A stretch of 64,000 nucleotides of DNA from a virus (IMGVR_UViG_2703718869_000013:33127-97126), one strand, 5' to 3'. Numbered from the stretch's first letter, positions 30,515-42,636 are shown. Notes: a model not told the origin generated them from the letters alone. Translations and numbers: made by a program.

Positions 30515-33502
30515 ATGAGCTTAAGCGATCAGGTGGTAATGGCCACCAGCATAGAAACGCTGATCGAGCTGCTAAAGAACCTGCCCGATTATGGGCGGGT
30601 TTCGTATGTGGTGACAGCGAAGGGAGACGAGGTAAAAACAGCGTTTGATATCGTCGATGCCTCAGTTCTTTTGGTATCCAATACTCTGGATGGGAAAATT
30701 AATCCAGACTATCCCCAGGAACTTCAGCCGCGCGACCGGACCCGCGCATCCAGCCTTCTTCAGGTTAACCAGATATCCAAAGATTTGCGGCCTGCTCAGC
30801 TTACCGATTCCGGTTTATCCAGCCATGGCGCGCCGATAATTGGTGAGGACAATGCCGTTGAGTCAGGTAATGGACGGACCATGGGGATCATCAAAGCCTA
30901 TCAGGACGGCAATGCGGATCGGTATCGTGAGTACCTGATTGATCATGCGACCGAATTCGGCATACGACCTGAAAAGGTTGAATCAATGACGGCTCCGGTA
31001 CTGGTGCGCCGCCGGTTAACTAAGGTTGACCGCGTTCAGTTTGCCAAGGACTCAAATATTTCTGATCTTCAGGAAATGGCAGCCAGTGAAAAGGCTTTTG
31101 TTGATGCCGACAGCATAACACCGGCGATGATGGCGCTTTTTAACCCGTCAGAAAGCGGAGATCTGCTTAGCCGCAGTAATGACGCGTTTATTCGCGGATT
31201 TATGACGCAAGTTGGTGCCACACAGGCGGCTGGCCTTGTAACTGAAGATGGGCGACCAACACGGCAACTTGTTGACCGTATACAAAACGCGATCTTTGCC
31301 AAGGCATATAAGGATGCGCGCCTGGTAAGGATGGTTGCAGAAGAACCTGATCCGGATATGCGTAATGTTCTGACGGCGCTTAATGCGGCAGCCAATGATT
31401 TTGTCCAGATGCAGGCTTTATCAGGAGAAGCGCACAAGCAGGCTGTGACAACTATTGTTGATGGCATTGAGACAGCGGATAGCCTCGATAAAAAGGCGCT
31501 GGCGGCATTGAAAGATGCGGTAGACCTGGTAAGGCAATCGAAGGAGTCAGGCCAGCATATTACCGATGTTATTGCTCAGGGGGATATGTTCAGCGAAACG
31601 GCCCCGGAAGTGAAAGCACTCGCGTTGTTCATCGTCGCGAATAACCGTAGCGCGAAGCGTATGGCCACCGCCTTTAAGTTGATGGCGCAACGTATCAATG
31701 ATGAGTTACAGCACCAGGGCCAGGCGCTCGGGGATATGTTTGGCGGCGGCGATGTGTCGTTACAGGATATCCTTCGCCAAGTATCTCAGGAACTGGAAAA
31801 CGAAGGTATGCAAGGGATATCTGGCGGTCTTTTCGAGTCAGCTTCTGGCGGTAGTTACAACGGTGTTGCTCCATATACCAGCTTGCTATTACATCGGGCA
31901 TCCGGCATCAAAGACATTATTCATCTGATCAGGCTGCTTTCCCGTACAGATCCCCAGGATGAACAGCTTGTTCAAGTGCTTGCGCATTTTGTTCGAATGC
32001 CTGTTGCCGACGTGAAAAAATGGTGCCGATTATTCGGTATCAGCAATTCGTTACTTCGCGGCTTGTTAAATCACGCATCCTCCCTTGGGCGCGATGGCTT
32101 TGACGAGATAGCGCAGGCGATAAAAAACGGAGATATGCCACCAGCTATTGACTGGTTTTCCATTCGCCCAACCAGGGTGAAAGCATTCCTTAGCGCGGCG
32201 CATTCGGCATCACCATTGGCAGAAATGGTTCAGAGGTTATCGCTCATATTCACAGACCATACCGCGTTGGGTGATCTGACTCTGGACGAGATGAAAGAAG
32301 CCTCCATTCAGTGGGCCGATCAACAAAATGAGGTTAACTCAGACTTCTTGCCAGCATTCAGGAAGGCCGTTAGTAAAGCGGATGATGCCCGTGGAATTCT
32401 GAAGGCATTTAAGGCATTGCAAAGTCGGGTTAATAAACATGTCGGTGATATCGATGGGGTAACGGCGGAAGGCAGGGATATCCTTAAAGAGCACGGCATA
32501 ACGCCAGAGTTTATTGATGAGATCAGGACGGATATGCAGCGTGAGGTCGTATCGTCCCTGCAAATTGTAGTCAGAGCGTTGGCGGATGCTAATCCGAAGA
32601 GTGCGGCCATTGTTAACCGGGTTATTGGTGATATTGAAGCATCGGAGGGCATGGGGGCGCTGAAACACTTCCTTTCGCGAGCGTTTAATCCTAACGGCAA
32701 TATTCTCCCCGGCATTATTGGTGAGGCTAAAAAGTATGTCAGCGAAGAAGAACTTGAGCATCTTGACCAACTACTTAAGCGATTCTCATATAACCCGCAG
32801 ACACGCTGGCAAATGAATCAGCGAAGTATGGGTTCGGTCCACGAGAAAGTGTTATCCGCCATGAACAGTGCGATCGCCAACTCATCCGTATCTGAAGAAA
32901 AAGCTCTTGAGTGGGCCGACTCTTTTATCACGGAAGAAGTGGAAGAAGCCCGCGCTGGACAGAATGGTGGGATAGACCTGCGCAAGGAACTTGCTGATAT
33001 TTATCGCCTGACCGGCGGTAAAATTTCGACCTTATCAAAGGTGGTTCACCACCAGGGAAGGGCATATGCAAATCTTAATGGTGTTGTTGCTGTCAATTTG
33101 AACGATGAAAATGCAAGTGCACTGTGGCACGAGCTGGGTCATCATCTTGAGTACAGTAACCCAGGTTTGTTAGAGAAAGCCCGGTCATTCCTGAAGGCCA
33201 ATGTTGAAGGGGATAAGCCATCTTTCGTCAATATCGGTGGGCGTGGCAAGCCTGAATGGTGCTTCAGATCTCGATTGAGTAATATTTATATGGCGAAGGT
33301 ATACCCGCCAGCCTCAGTAAGTAACACCGGGAAAATTCGGCAGAAATCACCGACTATTTCCAAAACGTCAGCAACGGAAGTATTCTCTATGGCTCTTCAG
33401 TTGTATCATGGCAAAGAGGCCGCTGCCGCATCACTGATGAATGGTGACGGATTGCTGGAACTGTTATTAGGTGTGGCAAAGGAGCTAAATAATGCAGATT
33501 AA
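30515..33502 (+). CDS. ddrB: DdrB-like large protein with HExxH motif
   Basis: 995 aa; position in the dar operon; HELGHH at 33128-33145. Confidence 0.45.
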   Translation: MSLSDQVVMATSIETLIELLKNLPDYGRVSYVVTAKGDEVKTAFDIVDASVLLVSNTLDGKINPDYPQELQPRDRTRASSLLQVNQISKDLRPAQLTDSGLSSHGAPIIGEDNAVESGNGRTMGIIKAYQDGNADRYREYLIDHATEFGIRPEKVESMTAPVLVRRRLTKVDRVQFAKDSNISDLQEMAASEKAFVDADSITPAMMALFNPSESGDLLSRSNDAFIRGFMTQVGATQAAGLVTEDGRPTRQLVDRIQNAIFAKAYKDARLVRMVAEEPDPDMRNVLTALNAAANDFVQMQALSGEAHKQAVTTIVDGIETADSLDKKALAALKDAVDLVRQSKESGQHITDVIAQGDMFSETAPEVKALALFIVANNRSAKRMATAFKLMAQRINDELQHQGQALGDMFGGGDVSLQDILRQVSQELENEGMQGISGGLFESASGGSYNGVAPYTSLLLHRASGIKDIIHLIRLLSRTDPQDEQLVQVLAHFVRMPVADVKKWCRLFGISNSLLRGLLNHASSLGRDGFDEIAQAIKNGDMPPAIDWFSIRPTRVKAFLSAAHSASPLAEMVQRLSLIFTDHTALGDLTLDEMKEASIQWADQQNEVNSDFLPAFRKAVSKADDARGILKAFKALQSRVNKHVGDIDGVTAEGRDILKEHGITPEFIDEIRTDMQREVVSSLQIVVRALADANPKSAAIVNRVIGDIEASEGMGALKHFLSRAFNPNGNILPGIIGEAKKYVSEEELEHLDQLLKRFSYNPQTRWQMNQRSMGSVHEKVLSAMNSAIANSSVSEEKALEWADSFITEEVEEARAGQNGGIDLRKELADIYRLTGGKISTLSKVVHHQGRAYANLNGVVAVNLNDENASALWHELGHHLEYSNPGLLEKARSFLKANVEGDKPSFVNIGGRGKPEWCFRSRLSNIYMAKVYPPASVSNTGKIRQKSPTISKTSATEVFSMALQLYHGKEAAAASLMNGDGLLELLLGVAKELNNAD

Positions 33503-33812
33503 AATCGCAGCGCCATTAGGTGGAGATGCCATTATCGAATTTGATGATAATGAAGAAGTTTCCGGGCGTTTAAGCATTATCTCCGGTGACATTACCGAGG
33601 ACATGATCGCTGAAGCCATAGCTGGGGCAAATCCCAATAGCTATATGGGATTCGTTAACACCCTTGATGCTCCCGCAAGTGATGTTCTCCGAACGCTGCA
33701 TCTTTACGCTGGCTGGTTTGTTGATTGGCCAGCAGTAGATGGTGGCGATGAGGATGATGATGACGATGAAGAGGGTTTTAGTGATGAAACAGTCAACCAA
33801 CTCTTGTATTGA
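33492..33812 (+). CDS. small highly acidic protein
   Basis: 106 aa ending DGGDEDDDDDEEGFSDETVNQLLY; overlaps the ddrB stop. Confidence 0.45.
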   Translation: MQIKIAAPLGGDAIIEFDDNEEVSGRLSIISGDITEDMIAEAIAGANPNSYMGFVNTLDAPASDVLRTLHLYAGWFVDWPAVDGGDEDDDDDEEGFSDETVNQLLY

Positions 33813-34015
33813 CAGGAATTGGCATAGAATTGATTGTTCAAATTTCATCCATCACATAGACGACTTCATGTTATTTGCCTGATAATTATGGCCTTAATAA
33901 CCCATGTATATCTTTTGGGTTATATTCTTATCTTTAACAAGGTTATAAGAGCGACAATGATAAATTTATCACTATCGCTCTTATAACTCTTTGTTAGCTA
34001 TAGCTTTAAACAAAT

Positions 34016-34303
34016 TTAGTTTTGAGGCAATGCAACAAAAGTCAGCTCTTGATCTTTGATTAATGCTTTTGTTTGTTTGGATGTAATTCCCACTTTAGTT
34101 TTTACATCATTGTGGAGCTTCTTATACGCTTTTATTTCATCTGCTGTATATCGGAAGCCATTTGCACTGTTACTGGACAGTTGAAGTGCGATTACGTCAT
34201 CACTGACACCCGCATCGCTTAGCTTAGCTATGCGGGTAATAGTGTGGCCTGCGCGAGTGTTTGTGGTGGATATTTTGTCTAAGAAATTGTTCAGTTTTTC
34301 CAT
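34016..34303 (-). CDS. hypothetical protein (AT-rich island)
   Basis: 95 aa ORF in AT-rich DNA between hairpin elements; no family recognised. Confidence 0.35.
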   Translation of the reverse strand: MEKLNNFLDKISTTNTRAGHTITRIAKLSDAGVSDDVIALQLSSNSANGFRYTADEIKAYKKLHNDVKTKVGITSKQTKALIKDQELTFVALPQN

Positions 34304-34549
34304 TGTTTACAACCTCTTACTTGAGTTTATTGCCAGTAGAATTGCCACTATTCTTTTGCCTCAACGAATCACAATGTACTGGAATAAGAAACTATGAGCA
34401 ATACTTACGCTTTGCGAATACAGAAGATGAATAATCAACTTATTACTAAAATGTTAATAATATTATTCTGTTACATAGTGTTCGCTATAACAATCGGGAG
34501 TTGAATGCTAATTCAATAAATAAAGAACCCGCCAATTGGCGGGTTCTTT

Positions 34550-35332
34550 TTAATCACTTTCCACTTCTTCCGTGGTGTTTTCTTGCAGTTCTGTTAATGC
34601 AGCACGACATAGGTTCCGGGCATTGGCTATAGCCACACTTTTGACTTCATCCGTCATCGTGCAGGTAATGTACTGATCGAGTTCTTCAGCGCGGATGATG
34701 CTTTTGCCAATCAGAAACTGTATTTGCCAGAGCAGATCGGCATCCATAATCAGAATTTCTGCCGGGCCTTCAGGGCCAGCCGGGAAGGAAACATAAGACT
34801 GTTTGCCCAGGCCGACAACTCGACAACTTGCTTCAAGAATTGCGCGCTTGAGGTCTGACTTTATAACGGAAACAGGTTGATTTTCACCAGTGATTACGCC
34901 GTTGACATGGAAAGGCATGTAGCTTGAAATACGCTCCACTTTCCACACACCAGCAAGCGATCCTTCATGCAGCACAATGGGGGTAACCGCGAGTTTCATC
35001 TCACCATATAGCTGCTGGCAGATAGCTGGATTGCTGAATACATCTAAAGGCTCACATTCAAACAGCGGCGCAATCTGCATGAGGTCCATCATGGTCATCC
35101 CTGGGGTACGAGCAGTAATGAATCTGCGCATACCAGTATCCATTGCGCTCCAGATTGCTACACCATGCTTTTTGCTCACTTCTTCAGTAAAGCCAAGGTG
35201 GCACATGATGGTTTTTTCGATAGCCAGATCAGAGATCGAAACCTTTTCGCCAGGCACACCATCATTATTGATGGTCACTTCGACACTCTGACCATTACGC
35301 AGGCGGTATTGAATTGCTTTAGTATTTTCCAC
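34550..35332 (-). CDS. hypothetical protein, third gene of the ssb operon
   Basis: 260 aa; 6-bp gap from the upstream gene; hairpin gaacccgcc aatt ggcgggttc at its 3' end. Confidence 0.5.
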   Translation of the reverse strand: MENTKAIQYRLRNGQSVEVTINNDGVPGEKVSISDLAIEKTIMCHLGFTEEVSKKHGVAIWSAMDTGMRRFITARTPGMTMMDLMQIAPLFECEPLDVFSNPAICQQLYGEMKLAVTPIVLHEGSLAGVWKVERISSYMPFHVNGVITGENQPVSVIKSDLKRAILEASCRVVGLGKQSYVSFPAGPEGPAEILIMDADLLWQIQFLIGKSIIRAEELDQYITCTMTDEVKSVAIANARNLCRAALTELQENTTEEVESD

Positions 35333-35338
35333 GTTAAA

Positions 35339-36016
35339 TCACTCCACTACAAACCAGTCACATGCCAGTAAGTCGCCTACAGAAGGAACCCACGGAACAA
35401 CTACACCTTGTGCATTTTTTAAGGCGAAATAAGCACCATACGGAACGAGGTCGCCGGGGAAATATCCCTTAATGGCTTCCATTCGTGCCGGGTACTGTCC
35501 TTCAGGAACCAGCCAGCAGAATTGGTTTTCGCCGTTCCACCCGCGTCGGGCAACTTTCTTGCCATCCTTCAGCCACATCAGCGCGTCAGAAAAGTCGGCT
35601 GCTTCAAGGTCGATTTCTTCTTGTAGAGTAGCGATACCGCCAGCAGAAATAGTTACGTCCCTGGCTGTAATGAATGTCACCCCATTGTGACCTTCAATGC
35701 TGAGCGATACCCCATTTTCGAAGAAGTCGTTAGTCCGACTAAAGCCTTCTTCAAATGTTTTTTCTGGCGAATAGGACAGAGATCCGTCCTCATAAGCGAC
35801 CAGATATCCGCCAATTTCTGGTCGGTGTTTTTGCAAAAATATTTTATCAACATGGACTTTTACCCCTTCTGGCTCAACGACTTCGATGTTGCAAAAAAGG
35901 ACCACATCCATTAGGGCGATAATTTCGATATCTTTGATTTTTGAGGCGCGAACTGTTTTATGGCTTTTGTATTTTGGAAGTGCCGTCAAAAGCTCTTTCG
36001 TTGTCATGTTATTCAT
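35339..36016 (-). CDS. protein with C-terminal DUF2829 / Tad2-like domain (candidate anti-defence sponge)
   Basis: C-terminal 80 aa FSDALMWLKDGKKVARRGWNGENQFCWLV...WVPSVGDLLACDWFVVE fit the DUF2829 pattern as I remember it (F-x-E/D-A-L..LK-x-GKKV-x-R-x-GW...DLLA-x-DW). Confidence 0.5.
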   Translation of the reverse strand: MNNMTTKELLTALPKYKSHKTVRASKIKDIEIIALMDVVLFCNIEVVEPEGVKVHVDKIFLQKHRPEIGGYLVAYEDGSLSYSPEKTFEEGFSRTNDFFENGVSLSIEGHNGVTFITARDVTISAGGIATLQEEIDLEAADFSDALMWLKDGKKVARRGWNGENQFCWLVPEGQYPARMEAIKGYFPGDLVPYGAYFALKNAQGVVVPWVPSVGDLLACDWFVVE

Positions 36017-36213
36017 AGTCTTTCCTCTGCTTAAAACCTGATGTATTGCGCCTTCAGGTGGGTCAGGAATGTTTTCCCACCAGCGAACGCAATATCTCGG
36101 GGTGTTCTATTCGTTAAAAGCGCGTGCCATTGCCAACTTTGGCGTTTTTGAGCGAGTTCGTGCTTTTGTCGGCGTCTGGACCACCGCTTTTTTTTCAGTC
36201 GTTTTTTACACAT

Positions 36214-36702
36214 TCAAAACGGAATATCGTCGTCAAAGTCCATTGGAGGTTCGTTATTAGCGTTGCTCTGAGGTTTACCGCCACCACTGTATTGCTGGTG
36301 GTTTTGAGGTTGGTTTGATTGCCCCCAGCCATTTGTGGACTGTGAATCGTCGCGACGAGCGCCGATCATTTGCATGGTGCCGCCCTGGCTGACGATAATT
36401 TCCGTCGTGTAACGTTCTACACCGGCGTCATCTGTCCACTTACGGGTTTTAAGTTTCCCTTCGATGTAGACCTGAGAACCTTTTCGTAAATACTCACTCG
36501 CAATTTCAGCAAGTTTTCCGAACAAAACGACTTTATGCCATTCTGTTTGCTCTTTCTGTTGGCCCGTTTGCTTGTCGCGCCATGATTCATTCGTTGCGAT
36601 GCTGAGTCTTCCGACCGCTCCGCCATTTGGTATATACCTGATCTCCGGGTCTTGCCCCAGGGTACCAATCAGGATGACTTTGTTTACACCGCGTTGTGCC
36701 AC
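36214..36702 (-). CDS. ssb: single-stranded DNA-binding protein
   Basis: 162 aa; OB-fold N-terminus typical of SSB, Gly/Gln-rich linker, acidic tail DFDDDIPF. Confidence 0.9.
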   Translation of the reverse strand: MAQRGVNKVILIGTLGQDPEIRYIPNGGAVGRLSIATNESWRDKQTGQQKEQTEWHKVVLFGKLAEIASEYLRKGSQVYIEGKLKTRKWTDDAGVERYTTEIIVSQGGTMQMIGARRDDSQSTNGWGQSNQPQNHQQYSGGGKPQSNANNEPPMDFDDDIPF

Positions 36703-36721
36703 TTATCTTACCTAATAAAAT

Positions 36722-36738
36722 AAATTAATTAGAGCAAT
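36722..36738. promoter_or_regulatory. C1-operator-like site in the divergent ssb / lyz promoter region
   Basis: aaattaattagagcaat, 16 of 17 match to the operator consensus (reverse complement orientation). Confidence 0.55.
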
Positions 36739-36871
36739 AATGTATATCTTTGAAACGTAGCTAACAAGTGATTTGCATTATCCTGTGCCTTCTAAAGGGA
36801 TCGAGTCAGTCGGTATTGGCTGTGAATGGGTGTTTGTCCTGGAGCGTAAAAAATTCGCTTATGAGGTCTTT

Positions 36872-37429
36872 ATGAAGGGAAAAACAGCCGCAGGAGGCGG
36901 TGCAATTTGCGCTATCGCGATGATGATTACCATCGTGATGGATAATGGCAATGTGCGAACCAACCAGGCGGGGCTTGAGCTTATCGGAAACGCTGAAGGT
37001 TGCCGACGTGATCCATACAAGTGCCCGGCGGGTGTATGGACCGACGGGATCGGTAATACACACGGGGTAACGCCTGGCGTGCGAAAAACCGACCAGCAAA
37101 TCGCCGCTGATTGGGAAAAGAATATCCTGATCGCTGAACGCTGTATTAACCAGCACTTCCGGGGCAAAGACATGCCCGATAATGCCTTCAGCGCAATGAC
37201 AAGCGCGGCATTCAATATGGGATGCAATAGTTTACGGACCTACTACAGCAAAGCGCGAGGCATGCGAGTCGAAACGTCCATCCACAAGTGGGCGCAGAAA
37301 GGGGAATGGGTGAATATGTGTAACCATCTCCCTGATTTTGTGAACAGTAACGGCGTCCCCCTGCCCGGGTTAAAGATTCGCCGTGAAGAAGAACGCCAGC
37401 TTTGCCTGACGGGGCTTGTCAATGAATAA
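36872..37429 (+). CDS. lyz: SAR endolysin (P1 Lyz-like, T4-lysozyme family)
   Basis: 185 aa from MKGKTAAGGGAICAIAMMITIV (signal-anchor-release N-terminus) with catalytic E...CRRD...T triad region ELIGNAEGCRRDPYKCPAGVWTDGIGNT; the listed ORF starts earlier at 36773. Confidence 0.9.
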   Translation: MKGKTAAGGGAICAIAMMITIVMDNGNVRTNQAGLELIGNAEGCRRDPYKCPAGVWTDGIGNTHGVTPGVRKTDQQIAADWEKNILIAERCINQHFRGKDMPDNAFSAMTSAAFNMGCNSLRTYYSKARGMRVETSIHKWAQKGEWVNMCNHLPDFVNSNGVPLPGLKIRREEERQLCLTGLVNE

Positions 37430-37673
37430 ACTCCGGCAGCTCCGCCGACTTTCGACAATGAAGTTATCGCTGGCGGCGATAGTTTTTGACTCGATTTTCA
37501 TGGCGGTATATGTGCTCAATGAGACGTGGCCACTGGAACCACTATTATATGCCGGGCTTCGGCTGTGCCTGACATTTTTGAGCATGGCTGCAAGATTGAT
37601 GCAGCAGAAAGAAACCGCTTCAGATTGCCCACGTCGCGCGGTGCGCAAATATATGGCACGCAGGCGAAGATGA
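37422..37673 (+). CDS. small membrane protein overlapping the lyz stop (lysis-associated candidate)
   Basis: ATG at 37422 overlaps the lyz stop (ATGAATAA); two hydrophobic segments; basic C-terminus; the listed ORF starts at 37416. Confidence 0.3.
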   Translation: MNKLRQLRRLSTMKLSLAAIVFDSIFMAVYVLNETWPLEPLLYAGLRLCLTFLSMAARLMQQKETASDCPRRAVRKYMARRRR

Positions 37674-37683
37674 TTTAACCATT

Positions 37684-37717
37684 ATTGCTCTAATAAATTT
37701 GATTTATTAGAGCAAAT
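37684..37717. promoter_or_regulatory. paired inverted C1-operator-like sites upstream of module B
   Basis: ATTGCTCTAATAAATTT (perfect consensus, 37684-37700) followed by inverted atttattagagcaaat (37702-37717). Confidence 0.7.
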
Positions 37718-37741
37718 AACCTACCATCGAACACGGCTCTA

Positions 37742-37770
37742 TTGATCTCATCGTCGTTCAGGCTTATAGT
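37742..37770 (+). promoter_or_regulatory. sigma70-like promoter of module B (TTGATC-N17-TATAGT)
   Basis: ttgatc 37742-37747, tatagt 37765-37770. Confidence 0.5.
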
Positions 37771-37869
37771 TCCACCGTCGTAGCAAATTCTGCGACCAGG
37801 TTTGACAGCCTGAATACTTGTGCGGACAACCGCAGATTTCCGATATTGCGGTATTTTTGTGTCCGTAAA

Positions 37870-37950
37870 ACCGCGTTACGCCCGAATTATGGTGGGGCGT
37901 GATGGGGAGGCTTCGGCCTGCTGGTTTCACAAGTGCCAGTCTGTCAACCC
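37870..37950 (+). ncRNA. c4: c4-like antisense RNA (module B), approximate ends
   Basis: Core ggtggggcgtgatggggaggcttcggcctgctggtttca followed by a' CACAAGT (37928-37934) and b' CTGTCA; complementary ACTTGTG at 37816-37822 and 38000-38006, and TGACAG upstream and downstream. Confidence 0.6.
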
Positions 37951-38017
37951 TGTCACGTCCTGCCACCTGTTTGACAGCGGGTAGCAGGTTGTTAATTCAA
38001 CTTGTGAGGCCGTAACT

Positions 38018-38239
38018 ATGGTTAATGCCAATCCTTGCGCACGCCAAGAATTCATCTGGCGTTTCTATTCCTGTAAAAAACACCACTATCACTTCGTTAT
38101 CGCAGCAACTGAAGACGAAGCACGCTCTCAATTGCCTGATGGCCCCTGCATTTTTACTGCCCGTTTTTCAACTAACTCGCGCAATTCACTTAGTTACTGG
38201 AGCCTCCCCTTCTCTGCCGACGTTCAGGGGGGTTTATGA
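38018..38239 (+). CDS. icd: Icd-like small protein (module B)
   Basis: 73 aa, stop overlaps the ant start; RBS overlapped by the ACTTGTG target heptamer. Confidence 0.6.
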   Translation: MVNANPCARQEFIWRFYSCKKHHYHFVIAATEDEARSQLPDGPCIFTARFSTNSRNSLSYWSLPFSADVQGGL

Positions 38240-39279
38240 AAAAACCTCTCGTCACCCGTAATGACATAGCCGAAGCGATCGCCCTGCATACTGCCTGTAT
38301 GCCGACACGGGAGATCCCCGGCGCAATTGCCAACTATTTCATGATAACCAGGCGTTTTTATACCCGAACAGATAAGGCTGTGATCAACAGGCTACTGATA
38401 GCCGAGATCAGGGATTATTTGATTGAACAAGGACGTCTACGTTACGCAACGGTGGCAGCAGAAATGAGAAAGGAGGCACATAGAATGACCAGTAATAATT
38501 TGAATGTTAAAAAACCAGCATCTGTTGCTTCAGCTACGCCATCACCAGCTGTGAATGTTATCTCCAACACTGGAGATACAATCGACAGCCAGACGCTGTT
38601 AAAGATGGTTAATGAGGCGCGCAAGCTATGTGGGGAAAATGAGATCCGCAATAACGATTTTCTCAATAGAATTAAGGATGAACTTGATGGGGAATTTTAC
38701 GAAACTTTCGTAAAATCCCATGGCACAAGGGCCGGGCGCTCTTTTGAGGTCATAACCATGACCTACAAACAAGCCCTGCGAGTCGCCGCGCGCGAGTCAA
38801 AAGCGGTCCGCCGTTCGCTGATCGACAAACTGGAAGAATTGCAGCAGGCAAACTCCCCTACCCCATCGATCCCCCAAACATTACCAGAAGCCCTACGTCT
38901 GGCTGCCGAGTTAGCAGAACAGAAAATGCAGTTGGAACAACAGCTGGTGGCCGCAGCCCCTAAAGTCGATTTTGCTGACCGGGTATCAGCGGCTAATGGA
39001 ATCCTGATCGGGAACTTTGCAAAGGTCGTTGGACTTAAGCAAAACGCCCTTTTCTCATGGTTGCGCCAGAACGGCATTCTCATGGCTTTTGGTGCGCGCA
39101 AAAACGTACCGCGCCAGCAATACATCAACGCCGGGTATTTCACGGTGAAAGAAGTGGTGCTGGATGATGAAGATGGTTACCAGATACGGCTGACGCCCCA
39201 ATTAACGGGTAAAGGCCAGCAGTGGTTGACGCGTAAACTGCTCGATGCAGGTTTATTAAAGCCTGTAGCGGCTGAGTGA
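38236..39279 (+). CDS. ant: antirepressor Ant (module B)
   Basis: 347 aa, about 90 percent identical to the module A Ant by eye; conserved ANT C-terminal domain. Confidence 0.75.
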   Translation: MKKPLVTRNDIAEAIALHTACMPTREIPGAIANYFMITRRFYTRTDKAVINRLLIAEIRDYLIEQGRLRYATVAAEMRKEAHRMTSNNLNVKKPASVASATPSPAVNVISNTGDTIDSQTLLKMVNEARKLCGENEIRNNDFLNRIKDELDGEFYETFVKSHGTRAGRSFEVITMTYKQALRVAARESKAVRRSLIDKLEELQQANSPTPSIPQTLPEALRLAAELAEQKMQLEQQLVAAAPKVDFADRVSAANGILIGNFAKVVGLKQNALFSWLRQNGILMAFGARKNVPRQQYINAGYFTVKEVVLDDEDGYQIRLTPQLTGKGQQWLTRKLLDAGLLKPVAAE

Positions 39280-39309
39280 TTAAATTAAAAAGGCGGCCTT
39301 TCGGCCGCC
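39280..39309. terminator. bidirectional hairpin terminator between ant B and pro
   Basis: ggcggcc tttc ggccgcc preceded by an A/T run; the same element follows ant C at 46975-47000. Confidence 0.5.
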
Positions 39310-39354
39310 AGTGATTTCAGATACCCCGGCAGCCGCCGGGGTTATTTTTGGTGG

Positions 39355-42085
<2,731 letters not shown>

Positions 42086-42387
42086 TTAATTAGAACAATT
42101 CACATCATGTTTGAACGGAATTTAACACTAGTCACTTGTTAAGGATTACCAATGAACAAGCTATCTATGTGGTGTTTCGCTGTTCAAGTGTCAGCGAAAT
42201 ATTGAAATATATTAGTGCAATAACATTTCATCGGGCGCCGATTAGATACGGCGTGGAAAAGGTGGAAGGCAAAAGCTATGACCGACTACGCCGGACGTGA
42301 AATAATATGTCCACACTATCTGATACAATAAAACCGAATAGGACATAACTTCGACGTCAAAGCCTTGGCACAGGCTGGAGAGAAAAC

Positions 42388-42636
42388 TTGAAAAAGCGAT
42401 ACTACACAGTAAAGCATGGGACGCTACGAGCATTACAAGAGTTTGCTGACAAGCATAACGTTGAGGTGCGCAGGGAAGGGGGAAGTAAAGCTCTGCGCAT
42501 GTACCGTCCGGACGGGAAATGGCGTACGGTCGTCGATTTCAAAACTAACAGTGTTCCCCAGGGCGTCCGCGATCGGGCATTCGAAGAATGGGAGCAGATC
42601 ATCATAGATAATGCTCTGCTACTAAATGCTGACTGA
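42388..42636 (+). CDS. hypothetical small basic protein
   Basis: 82 aa; faint resemblance to HicA/YcfA-type small RNA-binding toxins (GSKALRMYRPDGKWRTVV) but lacks the His and any adjacent antitoxin ORF. Confidence 0.3.
   Translation: MKKRYYTVKHGTLRALQEFADKHNVEVRREGGSKALRMYRPDGKWRTVVDFKTNSVPQGVRDRAFEEWEQIIIDNALLLNAD

Noticed and set aside
42209-42225. Additional C1-operator-like site upstream of prt (tatattagtgcaat)
   Set aside because: Only about 12 of 17 positions match in AT-rich DNA; too weak to call without a scoring matrix, so it is mentioned only as a possible weak site.
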